Origin: Candidatus Thorarchaeota archaeon
Lineage (GTDB): Archaea; Asgardarchaeota; Thorarchaeia; Thorarchaeales; Thorarchaeaceae
Assembly (NCBI GenBank): GCA_016839445.1
Contig: JAEOUG010000100.1
Span: 1-62,415 of the forward strand
DNA length: 62,415 nucleotides
Direction: 5' to 3'
Shown: one piece after another, positions 48,286-57,209 of the stretch
Layout: every line of letters begins with the position of its first letter
Numbering within the stretch: the first letter of the stretch is position 1
The notes under the pieces: model-generated
The model's input: the letters and a program-made list of their open reading frames with translations, nothing else
Database searches by the model: none
What the model was told of the DNA's origin: nothing
Made by a program: the position numbers and the translations under genes

Positions 48286-49167
48286 ATGAGTGTCCTAGAT
48301 AACCTTCAGCATCTCAGCCTGGGGAAGCGCGTACGTTTGCACAGGCTCCTCTATGAACATGGTCCAGGCAACGGCAAGATGATGATTCTCCCTATTGATC
48401 AGGGCCTTGAGCACGGTCCTGTCGATTTCTTCGCACACGACGAATGCGGTAATCCGGAATACCAGTTCCGCCTAGCCATTGAAGGCGGATATTCAGGTAT
48501 AGCCCTCCATCTTGGTCTCGCTGAGAAGTATGCCCCAAAATACGCTGGGAAGATACCGATTGTGCTGAAGATCAACGGCAAGACACGGATCCCAGACGCC
48601 TCGAAACCAGTGTCACCGATGACAGGCTCTGTCGAAGATGCTGTGCGAATCGGGGCGGATGCCGTAGGCTACACACTCTACGTAGGAAGTCCGAATCAAG
48701 TCATGGACTTCACGCAGTTCAGGAAACTGAAGGAAGACGCGGAACGCTTCGGCATGCCGATCATCATGTGGGCATACCCTCGTGGGGAGGACATTGACAA
48801 GAAGGGAGGAAGGGACTCCCTCTACGCCATTGATTACGCGGCGAGGGTCGCTGACGAACTCGGCGCTGACGTTGTGAAACTGAATATCCCAGAAGTGCAC
48901 CCGAAGTCAGGGTCCAAGCAACCCAGTCCCTATGACGGGTTGGACCTCAGTCTTGAGGAGCGTGTCAAGAAAGTAGTGAAGACCGCCGGGAAAACCCTAG
49001 TTCTGTTCTCTGGTGGCAGCAAGACGAGCGAAGAAGATCTGCTCCTTAGGGCAAAGGCGTGCATCGACGCTGGAGCTACAGGCCTCATCTTTGGCAGGAA
49101 CATCTGGCAGAGAGAGTGGGATGATGCTCTGGCCATCACCAGGAAGCTTAGGGCGCTAATGGGCTAG
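48286..49167 (+). CDS. fba: Class I (DhnA-type) fructose-bisphosphate aldolase
   Basis: LPIDQGLEHGP, WAYPRG, GADVVK, SGG, IFGRNIWQ. Confidence 0.92.
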   Translation: MSVLDNLQHLSLGKRVRLHRLLYEHGPGNGKMMILPIDQGLEHGPVDFFAHDECGNPEYQFRLAIEGGYSGIALHLGLAEKYAPKYAGKIPIVLKINGKTRIPDASKPVSPMTGSVEDAVRIGADAVGYTLYVGSPNQVMDFTQFRKLKEDAERFGMPIIMWAYPRGEDIDKKGGRDSLYAIDYAARVADELGADVVKLNIPEVHPKSGSKQPSPYDGLDLSLEERVKKVVKTAGKTLVLFSGGSKTSEEDLLLRAKACIDAGATGLIFGRNIWQREWDDALAITRKLRALMG

Positions 49168-49275
49168 CAGTGTGTGGGTCACAACTATTATATACGCAGA
49201 GAATAGTTCGGGAATGCAGTGGAAGCCGGGTTTCCGGAGACCAGAGTTTGAGAATTAGAACGGAGCGCGTTTCAA

Positions 49276-50424
49276 ATGGTTGAAACCACTATCAGCGTTA
49301 TCAAGGCCGACATCGGTTCCCTTGCAGGTCATGTGATTGTGCCTGACTTCTTGTTCGAGCTCGCAAGGAAAGAACTGAAGGCCGCTGTGGAAAAGAAGAT
49401 CATTCAAGACTTCCATGTCACCAATGCTGGTGATGATCTTGAATTCATCATGACACACAACAAGGGGGAGAACAACGAGGAAGTTCACCGCCTTGCATGG
49501 GAGACCTTCATGAAGGGCACTGAGCTTGCTCGCGAGAAGAAGATCTACGCGGCAGGACAGGACATGTTGGCGGACACCTTCAGTGGCAACGTGAAGGGCA
49601 TGGGTCCTGGCTCCGCAGAGATGACCTTCGAGGAGAGAAGGTCAGAGCCAATCGCCGTATTCATGGCTGACAAGACCGAGCCCGGTGCGTTCAATCTCCC
49701 GCTCTACAAAGTCTACGCAGATCCCTTCAATACTGCAGGACTCGTGATTGATCCGAATCTTCACGACGGCTTCCGATTCGTCATTCAAGACATTATGAAG
49801 GACGTTCCTTGCTTCATCGAGATGAAGTGCCCAGAGGAATCCTATGATGTTCTTGCGCTCCTTGGTAGCACTGGAAAATACACAATCAAGAAGGTATACA
49901 GAAACGATGGGATGATTACTGCTTCTGTGAGCACAGATAAGCTGCACGCAGTAGCAGGCAAGTACGTCGGCAAAGACGACCCTGTAGCTATTGTCAGGGC
50001 GCACTCAGGACTACCCGCCATGGGAGAGGTCCTTGAGGCCTTCACCACTCCTCATCTCGTATCAGGCTGGATGAGAGGCTCTCATGCAGGTCCACTACTT
50101 CCAGTTTCTCTGAAAGACTCCAGATGCACTCGTTTCGACGGTCCTCCCAGAGTAGTGGCTCTGGGCTTCCAGGTCTCAAATGGCAAGCTTGTGGGGCCTG
50201 TGGATCTATTCGACGACGTTGCATTTGACATTAGCAGACAGAGAGGGATGGAGGTCGCCGACTACCTTAGGAGGCATGGTCCATTCCAGCCTCACAGATT
50301 GTCTGATGATCAGATGGAGTACACAACTCTACCGAAGGTACTGACTCGCTGCAAGAGCAGATTCATCGAGGAAGAGATTGTGCCTAAGGGCAAATCAAAA
50401 GACCACTCAGACTCAGCTGAGTAG
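49276..50424 (+). CDS. fbp: Bifunctional FBP aldolase/phosphatase (class V FBPase)
   Basis: IKADIG, YAAGQD, DKTEPGAFN, GKYVGKDDP, GWMRGSH, RFDGPP. Confidence 0.95.
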   Translation: MVETTISVIKADIGSLAGHVIVPDFLFELARKELKAAVEKKIIQDFHVTNAGDDLEFIMTHNKGENNEEVHRLAWETFMKGTELAREKKIYAAGQDMLADTFSGNVKGMGPGSAEMTFEERRSEPIAVFMADKTEPGAFNLPLYKVYADPFNTAGLVIDPNLHDGFRFVIQDIMKDVPCFIEMKCPEESYDVLALLGSTGKYTIKKVYRNDGMITASVSTDKLHAVAGKYVGKDDPVAIVRAHSGLPAMGEVLEAFTTPHLVSGWMRGSHAGPLLPVSLKDSRCTRFDGPPRVVALGFQVSNGKLVGPVDLFDDVAFDISRQRGMEVADYLRRHGPFQPHRLSDDQMEYTTLPKVLTRCKSRFIEEEIVPKGKSKDHSDSAE

Positions 50425-50431
50425 CACTTGA

Positions 50432-50466
50432 AGCGGGACATGGTCCCGCTCCTCATCTCTTTGTTT
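50432..50466 (+). terminator. Hairpin plus spaced U-tract after fbp
   Basis: AGCGGGAC-ATG-GTCCCGCT then cctcatctcTTTGTTT. Confidence 0.6.
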
Positions 50467-50470
50467 CAGA

Positions 50471-50761
50471 CTAGCCGGTGCGCTTTATGACGTGATATCC
50501 GAACTTCGTCTTGACGGGCTCATTTGTCATGGCGCCAACGCTCAGAGAGAACGCGGCTCTCTCGAACTCGGCGACCATCTCGCCTTTCCCGAAGTACCCT
50601 AGGTCACCTCCCCTCTTCTTTGAGGGGCAGCTGCTATACGCCCCCGCCGCTTTGCCGAAATCCTCTCCCTCTTGGATCTTCCTGATCACTTCGAGAGCTT
50701 TGCTATGCTTCTCAACAAGAATGTGACTTGCTCGGACCTTGCCGGCTTTGGCCTTACTCAT
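50471..50761 (-). CDS. Parvulin-type peptidyl-prolyl isomerase
   Basis: RASHILV, SSCPS..RGGDLG, FERAAF, KTKFGYHVI. Confidence 0.92.
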   Translation of the reverse strand: MSKAKAGKVRASHILVEKHSKALEVIRKIQEGEDFGKAAGAYSSCPSKKRGGDLGYFGKGEMVAEFERAAFSLSVGAMTNEPVKTKFGYHVIKRTG

Positions 50762-50895
50762 GATTGACACCTGCTTGTGGTGATGAGTGCTCAGGCATGA
50801 AATCTGTCTTAAGTCTGTCCTAGCTTCAGCAAGTCCTGCATCACAGGCTTTATGTCGGAAGCTCGGCATGTGACTGCATTCAGGAGGTCCATTGA

Positions 50896-51936
50896 GTGAA
50901 GGCTACTGTATTCCATGAGCACGGGGGTCCAGAGGTTCTCTCGTACGAAGACATCCCCACCCCTGAGGTGAATGCTAGAGATGTTCTCGTTGAGGTGAAA
51001 GCTGTTGCTCTCAACCACCTAGACCTCTTTGTAAGGAGTGGGATCCCGGGATTGCATCTAGAGATGCCACACATCCTGGGCAGTGACATCGCTGGCATCG
51101 TGTCGAGAATCGGTGACAAGGTGCCCGAAGACATACGGGTCGGGGATAGAGTCATTGTTGATCCTGGTCTATCGTGCGGAACGTGCGAGTTCTGCAAGAT
51201 GGGTGAGGAGTCTTTGTGTCCTTCCTACGGGATTCTAGGAGAACACCATCGAGGTGGCTATGCTGAGAACCTCTCTGTTGATTACGCAAACATCATCAAG
51301 ATACCGAATGAGAGTCGGCTGGACTTCGCACATGCGGCGGCAATACCACTGACGCTCATGACTGCGTGGCGTATGTTGATGTCTAAGGCGAAGATACGGA
51401 AGGGAGAGGATGTCCTGATTATCGGCATAGGCGGCGGAGTCGCTGTGGCTGCTCTCCAGATTGCGAAGGCTGTCGGAGCTAGGGTTCTTGTTACGAGTTC
51501 ATCTGACCAGAAGCTAGAGAAGGCGAGGGATCTAGGAGCTGACATCACTCTGAACCATGATGCGACGCCAGATTACCATAAGGCCATCCGGAAGGAGACC
51601 GGAGGACGAGGAGTAGATGTTGTTGTCGATTCGGTCGGAGCTGCGACTTGGGACCGGAGCCTGAAGAGCCTGCGAAAGGGAGGTAGGTTAGTCACCTGCG
51701 GGGCAACCTCGGGCCCCAAGGCAGAAACGAATGTCAACCTCGTCTTCTGGAATCAGCTCGAGATACTAGGCTCCACAATGGCAAGCAGGTCTGAACTGAG
51801 AGAGGCACTCAAGCTGGTCTGGGATGGCAGAGTGAAGCCAATCATAGATCGAACATACCCACTATCTGAGGCACGGGAGGCACACGAGCTTCTGGAACGC
51901 GGTGGCCAGTTCGGCAAGATTGTACTCCAACCTTGA
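50896..51936 (+). CDS. Zn-binding MDR / quinone oxidoreductase-like dehydrogenase
   Basis: HGGPEVL, LNHLD, PHILGSD, CGTCEFC, TCGATSG. Confidence 0.9.
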   Translation: MKATVFHEHGGPEVLSYEDIPTPEVNARDVLVEVKAVALNHLDLFVRSGIPGLHLEMPHILGSDIAGIVSRIGDKVPEDIRVGDRVIVDPGLSCGTCEFCKMGEESLCPSYGILGEHHRGGYAENLSVDYANIIKIPNESRLDFAHAAAIPLTLMTAWRMLMSKAKIRKGEDVLIIGIGGGVAVAALQIAKAVGARVLVTSSSDQKLEKARDLGADITLNHDATPDYHKAIRKETGGRGVDVVVDSVGAATWDRSLKSLRKGGRLVTCGATSGPKAETNVNLVFWNQLEILGSTMASRSELREALKLVWDGRVKPIIDRTYPLSEAREAHELLERGGQFGKIVLQP

Positions 51937-52026
51937 GACTTCTCCCCGACCTAGTATTATCCTGATACGCACCTGAATCAGACACTGTTTCATTATGCCA
52001 TGTAGTGTACAACGAACCGGTGCAGA

Positions 52027-52257
52027 ATGAGAGTAGTCACGATATGCGTTCCGGATGAATACCTGAAGGGCGTCGAGGAACTCATTGAACAGAACAAGTA
52101 TCCCAACAGATCGGAAGTCATCCGTATCGCTATTCGCGATCTCTTGGTGGACGAACTCTGGGGCGAACGGAAGATTGGTGGCGGTGTTCCCCTTGTTGCA
52201 CATCTTCAGAATCTTGCTATGGAGACTCCTCTCCCACCCCCCAAACCCTCTCCGTAG
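52027..52257 (+). CDS. Ribbon-helix-helix regulator (CdrS-like)
   Basis: VVTICVP...YPNRSEVIRIAIRDLL. Confidence 0.85.
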   Translation: MRVVTICVPDEYLKGVEELIEQNKYPNRSEVIRIAIRDLLVDELWGERKIGGGVPLVAHLQNLAMETPLPPPKPSP

Positions 52258-52374
52258 TAGATACAACTGAGCTATCTTTTTCTACATTCTAGTGTCCTCA
52301 TGGGCTGAGCCAGATAGTACTGCAGAATCCGACCCACGGAGCCAGTGCTCATCTCTCTAGGAGCGACTCTGAAA

Positions 52375-52953
52375 ATGTCACGATTCATTCGACGTATCAT
52401 GGGAAAAGACGAAGAAGAGGAAGAGACCGCCGAAGAACCAGCTGCACCTAAGACAGAAGCGCCCGCCGCAGTTGAGGCGCCTGCTGAGGTTGAAGCACCC
52501 GCCGAGGACTCATCTGAGGCAGCGGCTGAAGCACCTTCTGAAGGACGCGGCGATACACTCCCCTATCACAACACAATCCAGGACAGACTGATCTACCTGT
52601 TTGGTCATGAGAAGACCGGCGCTGGATTGGAGGGCACAGACGAGTTCGTGCTCGAGTTCATGGCTATGGGTGAGAGATTCTCGATCAGCAAGGCTCAGCT
52701 CGGTGAAGTACAATTGAAGAGTGGCTCTGCGACAGACCACGATGCGCACGTCAGGATTGCCAACGAACTGGTACCTGACCTGCTCTCTGCGTCGACCTTC
52801 TCTGAGTTCTCATCGTTGTTCCTGAATTACTACAAGAAGGCCGAGGCGGGTAAGTTCGTGAAGATCGAAGTCCGCAAACCTATGACAGACCTGAATCGAC
52901 GCGGGTACGCTCGCGTGCCCATCATGAAGCTTCTTGTGGGCGCAGCTCGCTAG
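52375..52953 (+). CDS. Hypothetical protein with Ala/Glu/Pro linker and possible SCP2-like domain
   Basis: Amphipathic MSRFIRRIMG, EAPA repeats, globular C-terminus. Confidence 0.65.
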   Translation: MSRFIRRIMGKDEEEEETAEEPAAPKTEAPAAVEAPAEVEAPAEDSSEAAAEAPSEGRGDTLPYHNTIQDRLIYLFGHEKTGAGLEGTDEFVLEFMAMGERFSISKAQLGEVQLKSGSATDHDAHVRIANELVPDLLSASTFSEFSSLFLNYYKKAEAGKFVKIEVRKPMTDLNRRGYARVPIMKLLVGAAR

Positions 52954-53028
52954 TCTGCACATCAGGCGGCTTCCAGCAAGAGTTATAATCTCACCTCGGT
53001 CCAAGCCAGTATCTCAGGTGGGATTAGC

Positions 53029-53712
53029 TTGGCTAGTATTGAAACACCGGTTGTTATACTCAATCTCAAGACCTATCCTCAGGCAACAGGGGAGAAGGCT
53101 GTGCTTCTGGCCCAGACGTGTGAGAGGGTGTCAAACAAGTACGATGTAGAGATCATAGTCGCCCCTCAGATTCCGGACATCTACAGAGTGGCCAAGGCGG
53201 TAGAGATACCAGTCTTCTCTCAACATATGGATCCTGGTGAGCCTGGCCGATTCACTGGCCATGTTCTTGGCGAGACCCTCGTGGAGGCAGGCTGCGCAGG
53301 AACCCTGCTCAACCATTCTGAGAAGAGGATGCTTCTCGCAGACATAGAGTCATCAGTGGAGAAGGCCAACAAACTGAATCTTCACACCGTAGTCTGCACC
53401 AACAACCCTGCTGTGAGCGTAGCAGCAGCATCCGTGCATCCGACTGCTGTAGCAGTGGAGCCCCCTGAGCTGATTGGATCTGGAATCTCGGTCTCTCAGG
53501 CGAAGCCGGAAGTGATCAGTGGCACCGTTGATATGATTCGTGCAGTGAACAAGGATGTCATCATTCTGTGCGGTGCAGGTATCGGTACAGGCGATGATGT
53601 TGCCTCCGCCATCAAGCTGGGAGCTCAGGGAGTCCTTCTGGCGTCGGCTGTCGCCAAGTCCAACAAGCCAGAAGATGTCCTTGTGGACCTGATCACCCCA
53701 ATAGCAAAATAG
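53029..53712 (+). CDS. tpiA: Triosephosphate isomerase (archaeal type)
   Basis: NLKTY, LNHSE, AVEPPELIG, CGAGI, GVLLAS. Confidence 0.95.
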   Translation: MASIETPVVILNLKTYPQATGEKAVLLAQTCERVSNKYDVEIIVAPQIPDIYRVAKAVEIPVFSQHMDPGEPGRFTGHVLGETLVEAGCAGTLLNHSEKRMLLADIESSVEKANKLNLHTVVCTNNPAVSVAAASVHPTAVAVEPPELIGSGISVSQAKPEVISGTVDMIRAVNKDVIILCGAGIGTGDDVASAIKLGAQGVLLASAVAKSNKPEDVLVDLITPIAK

Positions 53713-53766
53713 CAGGATTCGTAGCCTTTTTGAGTTCCTCGAGTTTGCCGGAGAGCGGCGATAGAC

Positions 53767-54663
53767 TTGAAGGTGACTCTTGAGTGCGCTCACTGTCTTC
53801 TTGAACGAGCAGTGAATCAGGTCAAGCTGGCAACAGATGACCCCGAACTTCAGATGAAGACCATCCAAGCGATGACTGCCTTCCTGGGTGAGAGATTCAC
53901 TAGCGAGTCAGTGCCAAGTCACATCGGCACTGACAGGGACCTTCTGGTTCAGAAGATGACCGGAAAGGACCCCTATGCGTCACTCAAGACAATGTCCAAC
54001 CAGATGGCTCTCGGCATCCTGCCAGAGCTCCAGCAGCTGGTGGATGAGAAGCGCACTCCCGAGGAGCGTTTCCGTACAGCAGCTCTCGTTGCAGCTGCAG
54101 CGAACGCCATAGAGTTCGATGTGTCTGGCAGAGAATTCAGCCTAGATGAACTCCGGAGGATTCTCGATAACGTCGAGTCTGATCTGGCTCTCGATCAAGT
54201 TGACACCTTCAGGAACCTCCTAGGGGACGTTGAGGAGGTTCTTTATCTCATGGACAACGCCGGTGAAGTAGTCTTGGACATGATTCTCATCAGGGAGATA
54301 CGACGTCTGGGGCCCAGAGTAGTGGCAGTGGTAAAGGGAGGCCCAATCCTTAATGATGCGACAATGGCTGACGCTGAGGAAGTGGGGCTTCATGAGTGCT
54401 CAGATGAGGTAATCGATACTGGCGCACCTGCAATCGGTGTGAACCTAGAGCGCAACTCCCCTTCATTCGTCAAGGTCTTCAAGTCTGCACAGCTCATTGT
54501 AGCCAAGGGAATGGGCAACTTCGAGGCTATGACAGAATTTGATCCGACTTGTCCAGTCGTTCACATTCTTCGAACGAAGTGCAACCCAGTGGCGCAGCAC
54601 GTGGGTGTGCCAAGGGACAAGAATGTAGTCATGATCAGGATGCCGCTTGGCCAGCGCAGCTAA
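53767..54663 (+). CDS. DUF89/ARMT1-like damage-control phosphatase
   Basis: ECAHC, DNAGE, ILNDAT, KGMGNFE, KC. Confidence 0.9.
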   Translation: MKVTLECAHCLLERAVNQVKLATDDPELQMKTIQAMTAFLGERFTSESVPSHIGTDRDLLVQKMTGKDPYASLKTMSNQMALGILPELQQLVDEKRTPEERFRTAALVAAAANAIEFDVSGREFSLDELRRILDNVESDLALDQVDTFRNLLGDVEEVLYLMDNAGEVVLDMILIREIRRLGPRVVAVVKGGPILNDATMADAEEVGLHECSDEVIDTGAPAIGVNLERNSPSFVKVFKSAQLIVAKGMGNFEAMTEFDPTCPVVHILRTKCNPVAQHVGVPRDKNVVMIRMPLGQRS

Positions 54664-55490
54664 GCCATGCTGTCCTTGTAGGGCTTCAAGGTCTGTGTAA
54701 GGAGTCCTGACTCCAAGAAGTCAATTGTCAGATCTGGAAACTCCAGGCTCAGTACGTCTCTGAGTCTCTTCATGCCCGGGTCTTCTGTGACAAATGCACC
54801 CAATTCAAAGGTGTTGACGCCCTCCTCACATGCCAGTAGTCGAATCTCTGGAGCAAGCTCTCCAGTGACCAGTGTGGAGATACCTTCTCGCTTTGCCCTG
54901 ATAATCTCCGGCATGTCAAGGTGGGAACCTCCGACAACGAGGGTCTCGTTTACGTCCTCATCGAGATCTCCCACGAAGAGCACTGATGGAAGGCTCATCC
55001 TTCCTGCAAGGTAGTTGGCGAAGCCCGATTGATTCTTCACGCTTGGAGGAAGACAGATCCGACCTACTGGTGTCCACTCCCCATGGTCACTCTCCGTTTC
55101 GAAGTCACCCGTCTTCTTGAGTCCAAGCGCTTCAACAAGAGCATCATTCAGTCCATCCCTTGTTGAGAGCCACCCCGACCCTACAACATAGGAGGAGATG
55201 TAGTTCTTGGCGAGAAGCCTCACTCGAACGAGGTCTAGACCCGAAAGCCGATCCACCGCGAAAGGGAAGATGGGACGGTATGTGACAAGTAGGTTAGATT
55301 TGTCCTGTGACGCCTTGGTCACGGCTCTCGCGGAAGCATAGGCAGTGACGAGGATCCTTTTGATGGTGGTTCCCGATTGCTCCGATGGCGTCTGTGGCCC
55401 AATTTCCACTCTTGGCTCTAGGCCCTGAATCGTGCTCTCAATCGGCGAGAGCTCCTGGAGGCGCTTCGTGACTTCAAGTAGAGTAGTCAT
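54660..55490 (-). CDS. Nif3-like protein (degenerate metal site)
   Basis: GLNDALVEALG, VGRI, LVTGE, TEDPG; YRP where the family has HHP. Confidence 0.7.
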   Translation of the reverse strand: MTTLLEVTKRLQELSPIESTIQGLEPRVEIGPQTPSEQSGTTIKRILVTAYASARAVTKASQDKSNLLVTYRPIFPFAVDRLSGLDLVRVRLLAKNYISSYVVGSGWLSTRDGLNDALVEALGLKKTGDFETESDHGEWTPVGRICLPPSVKNQSGFANYLAGRMSLPSVLFVGDLDEDVNETLVVGGSHLDMPEIIRAKREGISTLVTGELAPEIRLLACEEGVNTFELGAFVTEDPGMKRLRDVLSLEFPDLTIDFLESGLLTQTLKPYKDSMA

Positions 55491-55579
55491 CCTTCCTCTC
55501 TCTCCTCTGTTAGTGATGGTATCAGACAGCGAGTCCGGGCAAACCTCTGCGGTTTGTCAGTCTTATCCTTTTCCCAAGA

Positions 55580-55933
55580 CTAGTCAGAGTCTTCATCGAC
55601 GTCCTCATCGCTGAGGTCTTCGTCATAGGAGTAGAGGTCTTCTAGGTCGTCACCAATCTCTTCAATCTCAGGTTCAGCATCCTCAACGACCTCAAGCTCG
55701 GGCTTCTTCTCCTTCTTGGGCTTCTTCTTCTCCTTCTCGTCCGAAGGCTTGCTCACCTTCTTCTCCTTCTCGAGCTTCTCCGGACGTGATGGCGCGACTC
55801 TCTTACTCAGCTTCTTGTACTGGGTTCGAGCTGTCCTCTGCTTCCTGATTCTCCTGAAGTCAATCTGCTCAGGGTTCTGAGCCTTCCTGAGCCGAGTCAG
55901 TTCGCGCTTGAGAGCCTTCTCCTTGTTCACCAT
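55580..55933 (-). CDS. Charge-segregated disordered protein (basic N-terminus, acidic C-terminus)
   Basis: GGTGA SD; K/R-rich first 75 aa, D/E-rich last 40 aa. Confidence 0.7.
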   Translation of the reverse strand: MVNKEKALKRELTRLRKAQNPEQIDFRRIRKQRTARTQYKKLSKRVAPSRPEKLEKEKKVSKPSDEKEKKKPKKEKKPELEVVEDAEPEIEEIGDDLEDLYSYDEDLSDEDVDEDSD

Positions 55934-56017
55934 ATGGAATCACCGCGGTGTTCTCTGCGACCACTCCTCGGTCGTTTTATAACTGTGTCGGGAGATGTCA
56001 TTGGCTGAGGAGCGATT

Positions 56018-56536
56018 GTGCCAATGAGTCCGGGAGAACGAGACAAGATGGTGAACATCCGTCTCCGACTAGAAGAAGAGACCCTTGAGCGTATCGATAG
56101 ATTGGTCGGTGAAAGAGGCCGCCAGGACTTCATTCGAAACGCAGTCCTGTCACAGCTTGACCAAGACCTGCCGCCGCTTCTTCTCGATGCCATCAAGGAA
56201 TTGGACGAACTCAAGAAGCGTGTTACCCGGCTCGAGGACGTGCAGTCTGCATCCGTCTTCTTCGAGCAAATTCCCGACGTGGTGAGGGATCAGATTTGCC
56301 TGGATGACATGGACCGGGAACTGGTAGCATTCTTCGCGAGGATGGAGGGCGCAACAACCCCGGAGATTGCAGGTGCACTTGTCGGTGACGACACGAAGCG
56401 GCGTGCCATACTTGACAGAATAGACAGGATCAACTCAAGGTCCGCAAAGGTGTTGGGGCGGCCTATTCTCAGATACAGAAAGGGAATCTGGAAGGGGAAG
56501 AGGAGTGCCTGGTGGCTTGATCTGACCGAACCCTAG
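56018..56536 (+). CDS. RHH plus coiled-coil plus wHTH-like DNA-binding protein
   Basis: IRLRLEEETLERIDRLVG..RQDFIRNAV; LDDMDRELV...TTPEIA. Confidence 0.7.
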   Translation: MPMSPGERDKMVNIRLRLEEETLERIDRLVGERGRQDFIRNAVLSQLDQDLPPLLLDAIKELDELKKRVTRLEDVQSASVFFEQIPDVVRDQICLDDMDRELVAFFARMEGATTPEIAGALVGDDTKRRAILDRIDRINSRSAKVLGRPILRYRKGIWKGKRSAWWLDLTEP

Positions 56537-56544
56537 CTCCTTGG

Positions 56545-56558
56545 CGAAAGTTTATAGA
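56545..56558 (+). promoter_or_regulatory. BRE plus TATA promoter of tRNA-Arg(CCG)
   Basis: CGAAAG-TTTATAGA ending 21 nt before the tRNA. Confidence 0.7.
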
Positions 56559-56579
56559 ATTGAGGAAGGTCGGAGTAGT

Positions 56580-56657
56580 GGGGCCGTAGTCTAGCCTGGA
56601 TAAGGCACCAGCCTCCGGAGTTGGTTATCCCCGGTTCAAATCCGGGCGGTCCCGCCA
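56580..56657 (+). tRNA. tRNA-Arg(CCG), intronless, encoded CCA
   Basis: Acceptor GGGGCCG/CGGTCCC; anticodon arm CCAGC-CT-CCG-GA-GTTGG; T loop TTCAAAT. Confidence 0.95.
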
Positions 56658-56729
56658 CTCTTTGCGTCCACTAGTTTCTTGGACTTTATAAGCCACAGAC
56701 AGGGAAGAGGGGTGATGTGAGGTATACAG

Positions 56730-56933
56730 ATGCAGACGCGTAGCCTCGAGACCCCCATTGAAAAGGTTGTAGCACGCTTTGAGAAGTATCTGAATGGCCC
56801 AATGGGAAAGTCAGTTCTAGTCAACCTCGATGAGGGTGAGAGTTTCATTCTACAGACCTCTGAGCACACACTGCGTGTCACAAAGCGTCGCGGGCGAGCT
56901 GTAGTTACTCCCCTCCAAGTCTCACTCGCATAG
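56730..56933 (+). CDS. Small hypothetical protein between the tRNAs
   Basis: 67 aa; TTTATAA and GAGGT SD upstream. Confidence 0.65.
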   Translation: MQTRSLETPIEKVVARFEKYLNGPMGKSVLVNLDEGESFILQTSEHTLRVTKRRGRAVVTPLQVSLA

Positions 56934-57022
56934 CGCAGATTGGTGTCAGGACTATCCTTAGAGGACAACAGATCGTAGCTTCACAGCGAAGACTCTATAA
57001 GTCGAGCCAAGACCCCACGAAT

Positions 57023-57100
57023 GGGGCCGTAGTCTAGCCTGGATAAGGCACCAGCCTGCGGAGTTGGTAATCCCCGGTTCGAATCCGGGCGGTCCCGCCA
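57023..57100 (+). tRNA. tRNA-Arg(GCG), intronless, encoded CCA
   Basis: Same cloverleaf with anticodon GCG and T loop TTCGAAT; CTATAA 56995-57000 upstream. Confidence 0.95.
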
Positions 57101-57209
57101 CTCGTTCTCCAAACGCCGTCGACGCGATGCTTAAATGTCATTGGAAGTTCGGCAGTTGCGTATTTGGACAGGATACTGCCCTGACATAACAAGGTGAGAT
57201 GCCGACAAC

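Noticed and set aside
50780-50850. C-box-like motifs upstream of parvulin
   Set aside because: No matching D box with a closing stem on either strand
56580-57100. tRNA repeats as attL/attR of an integrated element
   Set aside because: Both copies are complete tRNAs with different anticodons and promoters; no integrase
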